Assembly: GCA_015680685.1 (NCBI GenBank)
Contig: MNCI01000001.1
Location: 192,524-256,523 of the forward strand
DNA length: 64,000 nucleotides
From: Gnetum montanum
Lineage: Eukaryota > Plantae > Gnetophyta
Direction of reading: 5' to 3'
Both the position numbers and the translations under genes were made by a program. Each line of letters opens with the position of its first letter. Position 1 is the stretch's first letter. The notes under the pieces were generated by a model, which searched no databases, was not told the origin of the DNA, and saw only the letters and a program-made list of their open reading frames with translations. Shown here piece after piece: positions 38,226-52,469 of the stretch.

Positions 38226-40390
38226 TGAAACACCATTAATTTTGGGCTCTCATGATTCTCCAAGTGTGGTGTCATGTTGGGCTATGCAAATAACTTGACA
38301 CCGTGGAAGTCCTAATGCCTACAAATTTGTGTCTAGGTGTGTATGCTATGGTATTTAGCATAGTTAGCATAGCACCTAGTTACAAGGCTAGTTTGCACAA
38401 ATGGGGCACTAAGGATGGACCACACAGTTCAACAAATTTTCTATCTCCTGGGCTATCAAGCTTGCTACACTCTCTAGCTTGTCCAATTTCAAACATGTCC
38501 CGGTTGTCGATCTACCTAAGTGCTAAGCTAGGAGTTGTCAAAAGTTTTCAAGATGGACTAAATAATTCGACAAGTTTTCTATCTATGGGACTTGCTACAC
38601 TACACAACAAAGCAGGCTAGGAGGCATTGAAAATTTTCCAAGTGTTAGATTAGACGTAGAAGGTGCAGTTGGCAATGATTCAGTCTTCAAGGATGTCTGC
38701 CCTACTTCATCCTTGGAGTATGATTAGCGTGGCATGAAGAAAATCTGGCAATTTTCACAAAAGTCACCTTACTTTGCATGCTATGATAAATAGTGTAGCA
38801 TAGCATAGCAAGGTGCCAATGGCAACAAAAGTCTCCTTCAAGTTGTTTTGACATGAAAAATGCATTTGACCATTCTTCAACCTCTAGGGTTGCCTATCCC
38901 ACTTTGTCCCTAGAACATGGCCAAGGTTCCATGGTAGAGCATTACAGGTTCAATAAAAATTCATGCAAAATCAGGTGCTATGCTACACAATGTAGTACAG
39001 TGTAGCAGAGATATCAAAGATGAAAAGTGTCCTAAGAATGAAACTGGGAGACCTTAGGCTCTTTTGACATAGAAACCATGGTCACCAATTGTTGAAGTTA
39101 CTTGCCTTGCTAGGTCTCAGAGTGGTGCTCCTAGGTTTTGATGAAAATTATTATTGAAAAGGTGCTACACTATGCTATGCTGCGTAGCGTAGCACATCGT
39201 AGTAGGCCATTGTTCATGCTACACTGCTATGCTATGCAGCGTAAACAGCATAACACTTGTGAAGAAGCCTCAGGACATCTCCAGAACTTCTGAAACTCAT
39301 CATCGACTAACATTTCTCCTCCAACATCTCCTCTAGCATCCTTTTGATTGCCAAAAATCAGTCATTTGCTTTGTTTTCTTGCACTCCTTATCAATCCTCA
39401 AAAGTTGTCCCTACACTTGACCTTACTTGGAAGAGGAGGGAAGACGTAGTCCTGGAGCACAAGATCCACTTTGCATTTGTTGTATGCATTTTTTGTCAAA
39501 ATAGGATGATTCTTTATATTCTAGCACATGAGGTCTAGGCAATATGGTCACAGCTTGCTAGATTTTTCATTCCAATTCTTATCCCATTTAGTGTAACACA
39601 TCAGTGTAGCACCACACTTTGAGCATAGCATAGTAGCATAGCATATCCACGTTCATGGTACGTGGGGCTAGGGACACGTGGTATCCAAACCATGTCTTCC
39701 TCCCACTCTTAGCTCTATAAATACCCCAGAAAATGACATTCTAAGGGTTGGCTTTTGGTAGCAAGATTTGGTAGAAGATTGGTGAGTAGAAGGTTGATGA
39801 GCGTCAAGTCCCAGCAATAGAGCCTCTCAAATCTCTCAGCAACTCCCATCCTCAAGCATGACACTCATCCCCAACATAGCAACTTTTAGCCTAGCATGCA
39901 TCAGCTCATTGATGCCTATTAGCACCACATCTGCAGCATTCCAGGAGTTGTGACCATATTGTTCCATTGCCCAGCTATGTTTATCTAGTGCAGCATACTA
40001 GTTGTACACATTCGTCATTCAATCAAAAGTCAAATCCCCCAAATTTGAGGCAGTGCATTTATTTACTCAAACTCTTACTCTATTTCATTATAGTATGTAT
40101 GTTGCATCATTGTGTATTTGTTAACATTCATTGTCTTGGTCATATACGTTGATACAATTCTATTGTTGTGGGTGCTACGTTTTCATTCATTCCAACCTTC
40201 ATGTGTTACTTTCTAAAATTGATGTTCACAAATGCTTATTGGACATCACATAAGTCCCTGTCTAATCAACCAGATCATTTAGGGCACCCCATTTCTATTT
40301 CCTCTAGCACCATGACCCTCTTGTGGACTCGGGGTTAGGCTGTGCACCTGATAACCTATCGATGTTCTAGCCATCAAAATTTTTGGACAT
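38226..40390 (+). repeat. Tat-B 5' LTR (end approximate)
   Basis: Lies between the TG start and the PBS. Its 3' end resembles the Tat-A LTR end (gacat..agtcc..atc.acca.atcattta.gg). Confidence 0.75.
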
Positions 40391-40396
40391 AATTTT

Positions 40397-40413
40397 TGGT
40401 GCTAGAAGGAGGG
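40397..40413 (+). promoter_or_regulatory. Primer-binding site, tRNA-Asn type
   Basis: TGGTGCTAGAAGGAGGG is one C>T change from the consensus. Confidence 0.85.
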
Positions 40414-40805
40414 CTAAAACTCCAAGTTTCCTCTATGTGCCACAAGTAGTTTTGCATGCTTTCTGTACTACGTCATTGGTAACCCACTAGCATAGATGTG
40501 ACACCCCTGTGGTTGTCTATGTATGGTTGGTGTAGATTGGCCCCAGAAGGTAGTTCCTCTGGAACCTTGTAGGACAAAAGCATAAAAAATTTCTACTATG
40601 TTATGCTTTCTATGTCCTATGTAGCGTAGCAGGGTCTTCTTTAGCATAGCAAGTGTAATGGGAAGATGATTCCTACTAGCACTTCAATTCCCACCTTAAA
40701 TTTAGAGGCGTCCTACTTTGGTCAACACATGGGGGACCCCAAGCGACTACCCAGCCCAACGTGGATACCATGATAGTCTCTTAGGTTGCAACAGTAGTCA
40801 CCCGA

Positions 40806-42070
40806 ATGTCTACCTCATGATGAAGAGTGGCATAACTTTCTATGCACAAGGATTTAAGTGAACTTACCATTGGATTGTCACGAACTTGAGGAAAAATGTA
40901 ACTTCGAAATCATTCACTCGAATGGAAGGGAGTTCCTTCCTACTTCTAATACCATTATCCCGCTTATCGAAATGTTCCAATAGCTTTTAGCCCAACTTTT
41001 GCAACTGAGTAAGTTAAGAGAATGAGACACAGTATCACATTATGATGAAACTCTTCATGATGGACAGAAGGAGTTAGAATCCCACTCTGAAGGTGGTGGC
41101 CCAATCTATGCCACAACTGCCCCGTCTACTTTTGCCTTTCATTCACACTAGTCACAATCTTCTGCTTCTTTTGTGACTGCCACGACACTGTCACAGCCTA
41201 GACCCTCCTTGGTGATGGGTAGTTATCAAATGCTATCAACACAACAACATGTTGGACCTTTCACCTCATTTTCCTTTATCATTACTTCCCAGTCTGTTCA
41301 AGTCCTGTAGCCAACGTCTGTGATGCTTACACTGCCCTATGTCCATACCATGTCCATGTCACAGCCATATACAAGTCCTACTTCTATTACCTCTTTCGTA
41401 CCCATTTCATCATCAGTAGAAGGCCCCACATCAACTACGTGGTGGACAAAAACATCTTTTCCTATGGTTCAAGCATCTTAGATGCCACAATATGTGCAGC
41501 CCCACATGTATCAAGCATCACACATGGTGCAACCAACCACAGGGCTATGGGCCGCTCTAGCATGGGCAGGTAACCATCCCTACAACACAATCAATGTTAG
41601 TTGCCTTAGTAGCACCACCCATTGGGCCGTGGGCCATCCAAATGGTGCCACCAACTGGAACTGTTCCAATAGCACCTCCAATGGGATTGGCCACTGCACC
41701 AATAGCACTTCCAATGATGGCTACTTTGGTAGATCCCCAGGCAGTCCAACTCACACAACCTCCTATAACACCCTTAGTCCTGGACCAAGCCTTTTAGCTT
41801 ATTCAGATCCTGACTAATGAAGTTAAATGGCTTAAGGTGACTGGTTCTGAAATAGTTCAAGTCATGAACTTTTACCAAGATGACCCGATTTGCCTAGTCG
41901 TTCCTTCTCTTACACTGTCTCCTAGGGTAGAACTTCCCTAGTTCACAAAATATAATGGAGAGAGTAACCCGAACACCCACCTAGTCAATTTCAGGTCTAA
42001 GTCCCTGTTACTACAACCATGACCTCATGCCATCATCCATGTTTTTACCATGTCCTTAATTGGTAAGGAT
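40806..42070 (+). pseudogene. gag: Tat-B gag N-terminal remnant with Pro/Thr/Ser-rich region
   Basis: LP*FTKYNGESNPNTHLVNFRSKSLLLQP*PHAIIHVFTMSLIGK matches Tat-A ...FHSEFLLLQS*PHTMMCVFSMYLTRK. Confidence 0.78.
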
Positions 42071-42474
42071 TTTGTGGCTGATAAGATCCATAGATTGGTG
42101 ATCTAGTCTAATGTGATCAACAAAATTCATGTGGAGAAGGAGTGCAATCCTTATTATGATTAGTTTAGAGAATTTGATGATTCTTTTATTATAGTATATG
42201 TTCTTGAATTACTTCATTGTAAGAATTGGGCACTTGATTTCTTAGAGTAAGTCTATTGGAGGAAGTTGATCTTAGTAGGCTTTAAATGCATCTAGGAAGT
42301 GACAAGATGTACCATATGCTGAAGAGATTGTATTGGTGACTAGGCATGAATAAGTAAGTTGGAGAATTTAAAGCTAGATTTATGATCTATTAGCAAGTTT
42401 ATCACATTCCAATTCCCAAATGTTGTCACTACTTAACAAAGATGGTGTTTCTTCATAACAAGTGTTGTTATTAT

Positions 42475-42915
42475 TGTAATAAGACCAAAAAGAGGAAGTT
42501 GTAAATAAGACCTAAAAGGATGCATCATAATAAAGGGCATGTTTCTAGAGGTGAACTTTGAGAATTTAACCTATGGTATTTATAACTAGATATTAGAGAT
42601 CATATCAACATAGTGTTGAAAAGTGGGTAAAGGTAAGTAATAGGTGCTATGTGAAGTAATATAGGAAGAGGACTAGCCATCCCTTCTAGTCAGTGATGGA
42701 TCTAACCATGGTGGTAGTGCTAGATTTCCTCTAGGGAATAGATGCAAAGGAAGATAATGACAAGGAAGACTCAAATCATGATAGAGATACAATAATATAC
42801 ATTAATAAAGCATTATTTTCTTTTTTCTTCTGAATTTTCCTAGAGTTTTCATTACACATAATGTCAAATGTTACATATATTTGATGTTTTCCATGACATC
42901 CATGAATGGAATGTT
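42475..42915 (+). repeat. Dispersed LTR-like repeat, copy A
   Basis: Starts TGTAATAAGAC. Colinear with 53537-54030 (tttaaccta.ggtatttata, ctaac.atggtggtagt, cctctagg, tgtcaaatg.tacatatatttg). Confidence 0.65.
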
Positions 42916-45269
42916 GCATTTGGTTTAAGAGAAAACCACAATCCAAGGACCAATAAAAAATAAATACCAATTATAATTTGATGACAAATTAGGGTTCCAT
43001 GATCCAATAAGGGTATAAGCACCACTACAATATGTGTCTCATGTCCATGTAATTCATTTATGCAAGAAGATACCCTTCTAGTGATTTGCATGGACAAATC
43101 ATTTAGGAGCATATGTATACAAGAGAATCAAGAATGTGTATCATGTCGAGGATAGATCTGACTAATAAACAAGATTTTTTCATAAATATCACTAACCAAG
43201 GAAGATATGATTATGCCTCACCAATATTCATGAACTCTAAGAGAAGTTGGTAGGACAACCATACACTAGTCTAGGTATTTAAGTTTCTTCCAAGGTTATC
43301 AATCATGAGCTAAGTTGATCTTATTACATTTTAAACTTATTATTCCTAAAAACATAACCCCTTTAACATGGCATAACCTATCCTTTCCTAGCACATGTAA
43401 ATACATTAGTAAGTTTAAGAATATTAACCTAACCATAGAATTGTTTCATCCCTATTCAACTAATAAGGATTATTTTCATGAGGTGCATAGGAAAAATAAC
43501 ACTTGGTGGTTAATGTTATAATGTCATACTTTAGTTATCCTCCCCTTAGTAGCTCTCTAGGATATAACCATGATCCAAGAGAACTAGCCTATGTCATCGT
43601 AACTAAATTATAAGGTAAAAGTGCTATATTCTTATCCAAGGATTGATATAACATTTACAATTATATCACAAGTCATCTAGAAGTTTACATGTCATTGATA
43701 TGTCAACCTAGTAATGTCAATGCAATAAAATAAGATATTTTGGTTTGTTTATGTTCTAAAAATACAACTTAATTTTTGGACCCTATGACCATGCCCAACA
43801 TGTATTACTCATCAAGCAATTGTAATGGTACAAATTTTTTCCTTATTGGACTTATGGTTTGGGAGATATCATCATATAAAGTTTCTCTTTATGCATCTTA
43901 AAATAATAAGAAATTAATTAAATAATATTTAATTTTTTTAAAAGTTAAAATTTTATAAACAATAATCAAAATTACAACCTTCTCTTAGCCAAACCAAACC
44001 TTACTCATCATCCTCCAAACCACCACGTTAACCATTGATGTAGGGAGAATAAAATAATAATTGAAAATTTAAAACTAATTAATAAAAAAATTTAAATTTT
44101 AGGAGGCAACAAATGAATTCACCACCCACATTTTCTCATGCATTCCTCCATCCATTTTAAGTTTTGCTCTATCATTTTCCCTTTCCTGCCATGCATCTTC
44201 ATGTAATCCAATTTCCTTACAACTGTAAATTAGATAAAAGAAAATATCATAATAAGATCACCACATATAATCCAATTGATCTAATTTTCTTTTCCTCTAT
44301 GAAATGCTTATTTTACCCAATTTGGAGATGAATAGATAGGTTTTCTTGAGATCTTTCAAATTCCTCAAAGCCTACATGGAGCTCTCATTCATTAAGCATG
44401 TTGCATCGACTAGCATGTACCCTTTCCTAAGAATCCATTGTAAAGCTACCAATGAAGAAAGAAAAAAATAAATCCCATGAATTGATAATGAATTTCAATA
44501 ACTAATGATGAAAAAGACTATAATGCTACTTTGTGTAAGGGTACAGGCAAGAAACATTGCTATTGTCATAAGAAAAATGCCATGGCCACTACACTCACAT
44601 TTTGCTTATCAGAATTGACACATCCAAAATCACAAGATCCTTGTGCATTGATATCTATCAACTCCATTTGTAGTTGTAAAGGCATCAAATTTGACTATTG
44701 TTACCTTCTTATCCATAGATCCATAACATTCCATTTCAATTCTTGATGAATGAAAAACAAAAGAGAGCAAGTAAAACACACTTGATAATTAAGCTTTGAA
44801 GAAATGAACAAATCCAGAAAGGCATAACTAAAGTTTGAATTGGAAAAAGGACACCTATTAATACTATAACTACTACTATTATTGAAAAGGAGGAGGTGAA
44901 GATAATATGCAGTGAAGGATACAAAGCCTAGCAAAGGCATTAATTTGGAAGGTATCCAAATGCTTTAGAGTTTTGAAAACCTCAAGTATGACTCTTTCAC
45001 TCTAAGTATATGGTTATCTCCCTGTGCTGTGCTATCCCTCTACACCTACTCTAGCCACTCTCTACCTATGCCTACTATGCAATGTTACTAAATGTTGTTA
45101 CACTTCCATCTTTCTTCATTGTTGCACTGCTCTTGCTACCCTCTCCACTTCTATTTCATACATCACTACACTATTCATAGCTTGTCTCACCCTCATCACC
45201 ATCATCATCCTTACACACAAATCCTCTTAGCCTTGCTTTGGTCCTAATCCTTGGAGCTACTTGTACTCT

Positions 45270-46320
45270 CACACTATTCCAAAGTGTATATGGGAGATTA
45301 TTGCTATGGAATTCATTACTAGTTTACCTTATAGTAGTAGTGGCAAGGATGCCATCCTTGTTATTGTTGACCTATTGATCAAGTTAGCTCATTTCCTAGC
45401 TATGAGAATTTTAGCTAGTGTCAATGATGTGCATAGTTATTCATCTCAAAGATCATAAAACTTCATTATATTTCTTCCAACATTCTCTCGTATTGTAATG
45501 CCAAATTCAATTCTTGATTTTTTTATGCATTAATGAATAGGTTGTGTACTAGGTTGAATATGTTTTTAGCTTATCATCTATAAATAAATTATCAAAATAA
45601 GATAGCTAACCAAATATCATAGGACATGCTTTAGTCTTATGCTTTGTGGCTTTCATATTATTAGCATAGTATTTTATCATTAATAGAATTCACCTACAAT
45701 AATAGTTGTCAAAAAAGTTTGAAGGTAGTAGTAGATGAAGTTTTGTACAGAAGAACTTAAACGACCCTCTTATGTTGGGATGTGATTAAGGATAGACAAC
45801 ATATTAATTTAGATGTTGTAATGAGGATGATCAAGAAGATTAGAAATATTTTCAAGTGGCATAAAGTAGCTCAATATTGCCATGAAAGTTATGAAAAGCA
45901 TAGAATCCAATCATTCAAGTTTGAAATTGGTGATAAGATGTTTGTTTATGTTTCTTCACTAAAGGAATTAATGTATTTTAGTTAGAAAGTAAAGCTTTCA
46001 CCTTGTTACACTATAATATTTAACATTCTATAGCATATAGAAGAGGTTGTGTATCATGTTTGTTTGTCTTCATAACTTTTAAGCATGCATGATGCATTTT
46101 ATATTTTCCTTCTAGAGAATTATGTTTTCAATTCTAGTCATATTGTTAATTGTTACTAAGGTATAGCTTCAATATGATGTCTCATACTTGAAGAATCTCA
46201 TTAGGACTATGGACCAAATGGAGCATCAATTACATAATAGGATAGTACCCATGCTAAAAGTATTGTAGAGCTATCATGGTTGTTAAGAGGCTTATTGGAA
46301 GCTTGAGTTTAATTTAGGTT
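45270..46320 (+). pseudogene. pol: Tekay integrase-chromodomain remnant
   Basis: Motifs above plus EFTYNNS, FEIGDKMF and MHDAFY. Confidence 0.85.
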
Positions 46321-46370
46321 GTTCCCATATTGAGATCTTTTTGGAGGAAGATTCTTAAGGGCTTGAGGAA

Positions 46371-49300
46371 TGTAATATCCCATATTTTTGGTATCCTTAA
46401 TATGTATGATGCTTTACTAAGATTGTGTTTCTTGTGCTTGGGTATGTGTTATGCATGTTATTAGTCTAATATATTTTATGGTTGGGCATTTAATATTTTA
46501 TGTTAATGATATTTAAGGTTCATGTACAAATTAATGTTATTATATACAGTAGATGTTCACTAATCTAATTATTGAGTGTGATAGGATTTCATGAGAAGTT
46601 GGTTAGAATCATGGTAGGGTTTATGATCTATGCTTTTCTTGATACTTCTTAGAGTATATTTTATGTCCTTGTGTGTTATAGTATACATATAGAAATTTTA
46701 TTTATAGTTAATTTAATTAGCTTTAGTTTTATTTTAGGATGCTAGTAGGATATTTTTGGCATAGTAGTTTATTGGCATATGCTTTATTGATTATTTTAGT
46801 ATGTGTGGATGTTACTTGATAGTATAGGAAGTTACATGTGTGGTGAGAAGGATTAATGGAAATATTATTTTATTTTAACTCTTAATTTGTTAATTGGTTG
46901 ATTTCTCCTATTTCATAATTTTTGTTAATATTCCATTAAAATTCCCATGACTCTTTCAATCCATACACCTTGATGATTTCAAGAACACAATGGAGAGGTG
47001 TTTAAGGAGATCAAAGTAGGCGGATGTACTTGTAGATTTTGGGTAGTTTGTGCTTTTGATTGGATCTTTACTATGTTTCTCTCTTCTCCATGGATTTCTT
47101 CATGTAGATTTAGAGGTGAGTAATCTTGGCTTCTTATTCATTACATTAAAGGATTGTGCTTATGTGTTGGATGGGTTTACCAATATTAAAATCTATATTA
47201 TTATGATTTTATTCGTTGGCTGATGGGTATTATTTTAATCCTATTAAAATTTTTATTTGTATGATTTTATATTCATCTAATTTTTAATTAACGGTATTAC
47301 TATATCCATCAATTACAAGTATGAGTTTTATGATGATTATCACCAATAGTTTTGTTAGATCAAATTTTGTTGTTCATTGAGCCCTTATTATTTGTAAGTG
47401 AATGATTAGTACTATTGTAATTCTTATTTACTGTTTTCTTGTCTTATAGAGAGAACGTGGTTTGATTTTATTTGATAGATAGTTTGGAATGTTGGAATTT
47501 TTATTCATATTCAATATGTTACCTTGACCTTTTTTCCTTTATTAATCCTAAGCTTTTGTCCATATGTTATTTCGATTCCTCTAATTTTTTGATAGTTTTA
47601 ATTAAATATTTTCTCCATAATTTGTATTGATATATTAGTTGTGTGGGTTTTATTCCCTTCATTATGAAATTTTCAACCTATATTTATGTCAATTTAAATT
47701 TTTCACACAAGTTTTGCTAGTGGATTGTTCTTATGCTTCACTAATTCTTATTCTTGGATTATTCGATTCTTACCTATGGTTTTTTGATTATTTTCCATTA
47801 ATTTTTTATTTTTAGCTAAATCTTGATAATTCACTACTTGTACTAGATATCTTTGATCATAGAAAGACATTTCCTATGTAATCCAAGTCATGCAAGAAGA
47901 TGTCTCTATCTAGCCCAAAACATCTTTTGTCAAGTGTAGATGTCTTCTCTTACTTAGAGATCTCTTAGTCTTGCATGATATTTCTTCCATCTTCTATAGA
48001 AATTTTATTAAGCTTAGAAACATCTTTCTATAGACATATCCAGCATGTTAAAGACATCTCTATTCTTCTATTGATTTCTCTTTTGGCTACTAGAGGTGTT
48101 CTATTTCCAGAGATGTTTCTCCTACAAGACCAACAATGGATCAAGCTTGTTTCTTGTGAAGTTTGGTTCTCAAATTTAGTTTGGTATTTTTTTAACTTCA
48201 AATATTCTTAAAATCATATCAAATCTTGGATTGTTATTAAATTTAATATATTCTCTTTTGGATCCTCAAATTTTGGATATTTCCTATGCATGAGTGAATA
48301 TTTCTTGGAGTAAATCTTGGTCAATTGTGATTTTTCTTATCAATTATTTTGGGATCTTTTCCTTATTATTTTTTATTTATAAGATTATTGTTGAATTCAT
48401 TCCTTGATATCTTAATTTCATCACTCTTCTCATTGGATTTAAGTTTTTGGAACACTCTTCTTGAATAAGAGATTACTACATGGTTTGAGTATCAATCCTT
48501 ATATAGTTATTGGTTCTTGGGAATTCTAGTCTTCTTGTTGTTATGGCTTAATGAATCTACTTGGAATAATTGATTAAGGGTTTTTATTTTTAGATGATCT
48601 GGTTTCATGGGAGCATTATTTGAGTTATGTGGGATCTCCTTGAATGTTGGGTTTGATTCCCAATCAATGTTGAATTTCCATGTGATATTTTTGGACTTGA
48701 TGGTGATATATCATTGTCTCAATTAGTGTCTTTCATGAGGATTCCTTGTGTTGATATATTTCATTGGTGAGTTAGATTCTTTTATTTTTGATATTACTCT
48801 CCATCATCAATTTTATTTCATTTTTGTATTGTTTTTGGATAATTGGATCTTAGAAGTAGTACCAAGTTTTTATGGCAAGTTGAAGATGGAGTTCCTATAG
48901 ATTTTTGGCAATTTATCTTCACAAGGATGCATTAGTGTGGATTTTATTATAGGTGAAATTATACATAAGAGAATGATTTCATGAATCATGCATCCTTTTT
49001 TTTTTGAAGGTTCTATAACATTATAAGTGAGCCTCAATAGATGCCTTTGGCATTGGTATTTTATAAATATATGAAGTGAGTGTTGGAGATGCTTCTTACT
49101 ATGTTTGAAACTAATAATAAATCCATCTACATGATAGCTTGATATTTGATTTTGGAATTTGAAAAAGTACACATGACAACATTGTTACACATTTCACATT
49201 GAGTGTGGTGCATGCTAGCCTCCTTGTTCATGATAACAGTTGGAGTTTAAAAATCATAGTATTAGTTGTGTTTGATGATTTTATGTATGGTTGTATGCTT

Positions 49301-49969
49301 GTTTAGATGTTCTTAAGATAACCTATTTTGTAGGATATTCATGTTCCACCTAACTTTCATGAGATCTTCTTATTTTTTGATTATAGATTATGCCAATGTT
49401 TCTCACTTAGTTTTATACTAATTATCCATTTTTTATAGGTTGATTAGATTGGATGGAGATTGGAGATTTTGGATACTTTGCCAAGTTGTTTCTAGCATGA
49501 TCTAAGAAGTTATGATTCTAGATTTAAGTTTGACTATTTGTATATTAGAAATTTCATCTTGGTGTTAGACATTATTTTTATTTTTTCATAGATTCTGTAT
49601 CTATGGATTGTGCATGGGCATGCCTGTGATATTATGTTGATCATATATTTATGGAGATTTAAATTTATGGCATTTAATTATCTTGTTCTTTGCATAGTTT
49701 TCCATAGATGATTTACTTTACTCTATTTCTACTTAGATGAAGGTTTAAGCTTATATGTTTATCATAAACTTAATTATTTACACAATTTTTTCTTCCACTG
49801 TTGAGTTTCGTTTCTTTCCTTAGGTCATGGCTTCATGCTAGGTTACTTGTGCTTTCTTTCACTAGGTAGTCCCTACTTTATCTTCCTTATTTTCATATCC
49901 AATTATTTGTTAAGAGTTTTACCTAATGTAATGCTCTTAAGGATAAGGCTTAAGAAGGAATATGTTACA
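46371..49969 (+). repeat. Complete Tekay LTR (3599 bp)
   Basis: TGTAAT...GTTACA termini; colinear end to end with the reverse complement of 60010-63503. Confidence 0.88.
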
Positions 49970-51249
49970 ATGCATGGGTTAGGGTTGTCTTTCTTAGTAA
50001 GTATTCTTCATTTAATTTTTATTTTCTTTAGGTTTTGTGGATGGTGATAAAAGTTTTCAATCATTATGTATTTTTGATAAATTTTGGAAATTTATAATTA
50101 TAAAATTTTTGGCATGTTTGTATCTTTTGGTGCTATCTCTTTTCATGTAGCTACTCTTATACATGAATATCTAGTTATCTTATGCCTATTTCAAAAATCC
50201 ATATGTAGGTATTTGTAGTTAGATTTGTTGAAGATTTGATGAATTTTAGCAAAATTAACATGCTAGTTTATGTCTATATGCAATAACACCATGATATTTA
50301 GTATACACCATTATGGTGTACAATACTGTCTATAATGTTTTGTAATATATCTCAAGTTAGTTATGTTTAATCACATATATTAACTAATAGTAACTAATTA
50401 TTACATCTATTCATTCTTTCTACATGGTTATTCCCTTATAACTTTATAAGTAATGATTCTGATACAATGATAATATATGGAACAACACAATATAATTTAT
50501 AGTACAAAGTATAACATAGCATTCATATTATAATAAATTTGATTATTTTATTCTCCTTTATTACTTGTTAGTTTATGTTCTCATGTTTGACATGTATAAA
50601 ATTCTAACTTATTATAATATCAATCATAATAGAGATTAAATTATTTCTATTATATTCTAGACCTAGTGACTAACATTACAAAACTTTAACATGATATTAG
50701 AACATGTTTTTGATGATACATTACTGATATGAAGTAGTCATGGTGTGGTGGTAGTTAGGTATAATTAATGTCATAGTAAGTATGAAAATTAATTGTAAAA
50801 TTTTATTTTTCATATTTCAAGTTTATAGCAAAAATTACAAGAGATAGCATAACACAATAGTGATCTTTGTTGCTTGAAAAGCTTTCATTCTAGCTCAAAT
50901 TTCTCCTTTTTCTTAGCCTATAAGTACTATATCTTGAATATATAATAAAAATATTGTGGTTTTTATTAAAATATTGAAGGAACATGATGCTTCATAATGA
51001 TATTATTTTAATATCTAAATTATTCTTTCTTATAAGCTCTAAGTTGATTATAGGATCATAGAAATGTGCTCAATGATGTGAAATTGAAGAATAAAATGGC
51101 TTTTGTAGTTAAATTTCAAAATTTAAAAATCCCTTTTGTTTTTCTCTTTACACTACAATTATTCATTAAAATGATCCATGGTGCTAGAGGTAAAGGAATG
51201 GTATGGGGGTCTTTAAAGAACAAGTGCATCCCATCACCAACATCATCTA

Positions 51250-52260
51250 AACATACTCATATTGAATCACCATAATTGTCATCACTACTAACATGGTAGC
51301 CATTCCGCCGTTATGGAAATCCTCATAGTGAAGCTTTAGGATTAAAGGCCAACATCAAGAAGATCATATATAGTTTACAATGACCATAAACCATGAGCTA
51401 GTATCAAATAAAATAAGAGAATTTGACCTGATTTTGTTAAAAAGAAGTATATATTAGATATATAACATCAAAGATGAGTGTTCAATATCATTATTATGAT
51501 CTATCAGTAGCCATGGAGTTGGTAAAGGCTGGCCATAGTATTGTATTAGAAAATTTAGGACTAGTATAGTTGGTTTATCTATGAATTTGAGAAGACTTAA
51601 TAGTTTTCTAGACTATAAAAGAGGTTCATATAGTTCTATTTTTAGATGGTAAAAATAGTTTATGCCTTAAGGGAGATAATATTTTCCAAGAACTAGTAGC
51701 TAAATGTTTTATCAATGAGTTTAAGTGGAGAAAAGTCTATACTACACCCACTATAAGAATTCGAATCTCACAATTGTAGATGTCATGGTTTAATTTAATA
51801 GATATTATTACCTATCTTATTATGCTAAGAGAAAGGAAAAATGCAATTTTCTCTCATTTCTTAACACTACTATAAGTGTGGTAAAAAAGAAAAGTTGTAT
51901 GAATTGGTTGATGATTTTGAAGATGAAGATGATGTGGCAAAAAATACTGTACTACATGGTATCTTCTTCCCACTTTTATCAACATATTCAATTATTTTAG
52001 TCTTATGAATATATCCATAGTAGTGAAAAGAAAAAATAAGATTTTTTTTTATGGTTTTTCTTGAATTTCCTCTTCAAACTAAATCATACAATCATAAAGA
52101 TTCCTTAAACAAAGTTGCCTTCCAATGTCCACTCAAAGGGATGAAATAAATTGGATGTTAACTACATGATGTCATTGATGATGAATGGATGAATGAGCCA
52201 TTGACAGATTTATATGTGGGACATATGAGTCTAGCACCTACTCCTATACATGAGAAGAAG
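51250..52260 (+). pseudogene. Possible hAT transposase C-terminal remnant
   Basis: Weak motifs: SSS...SYEYIHS followed by a K-rich stretch (compare SSSGCERNWSxFExIHSKKRNRL of the hAT dimerisation region), then DDEWMNE. Highly decayed. Confidence 0.35.
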
Positions 52261-52469
52261 ATTAGCAAAATAGATATTAATCATTATTTAATTTAGTTCC
52301 TTCATTAGCATACAGGGAAGAACTCTAGTTTTTTGTCAATCTAGGATGATTTTAGAAGTGGTGGTAGTGGTAGATAATCAATATAGATGTAGCTTATTGA
52401 GTAGTTCCATAATCTAGAACAACCTTTTTACTACACTAAAGAGGATTCTACCATTGTCACAAAGTAGCT

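Larger units (their letters stand above)
38226..42070 (+). mobile_element. Second Tat-type element (Tat-B): 5' LTR, PBS and gag, 3'-truncated
   Basis: LTR start TGAAACACC; ~2.2 kb LTR with tataaata near 39716; PBS TGGTGCTAGAAGGAGGG; gag homologous to Tat-A. Confidence 0.82.
45260..49969 (+). mobile_element. 3' part of a Tekay/Del chromovirus (integrase, chromodomain, PPT, 3' LTR)
   Basis: IPKCIWEIIAMEFITSLP..GKDAILVIVD.L.KLAHFL; chromodomain VPMLKVL*SYHG..EAYWKLE; PPT ttaagggcttgaggaa; LTR TGTAA...TTACA. Confidence 0.88.

Noticed and set aside
41482-41817. Overlapping ORFs of 111, 67 and 65 aa
   Set aside because: Alternative frames of the Pro-rich degenerate repeat in Tat-B gag, not independent genes.
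42920-43700. Possible minus-strand gag remnant similar to 52700-52990
   Set aside because: Only short word matches (gtcctaccaac, catgtgctag); insufficient without an alignment.
44531-44746. Cys-rich 71-aa ORF, possible MuDR or zinc-finger fragment
   Set aside because: No convincing motif spacing in any frame; too decayed to call.
3501-49969. LTRs at 3501 and 46371 as the 5' and 3' LTR of one giant nested element
   Set aside because: The flanks ttata and atgca do not form a TSD, and no PBS or gag follows the truncated first copy. It cannot be fully excluded given the age.
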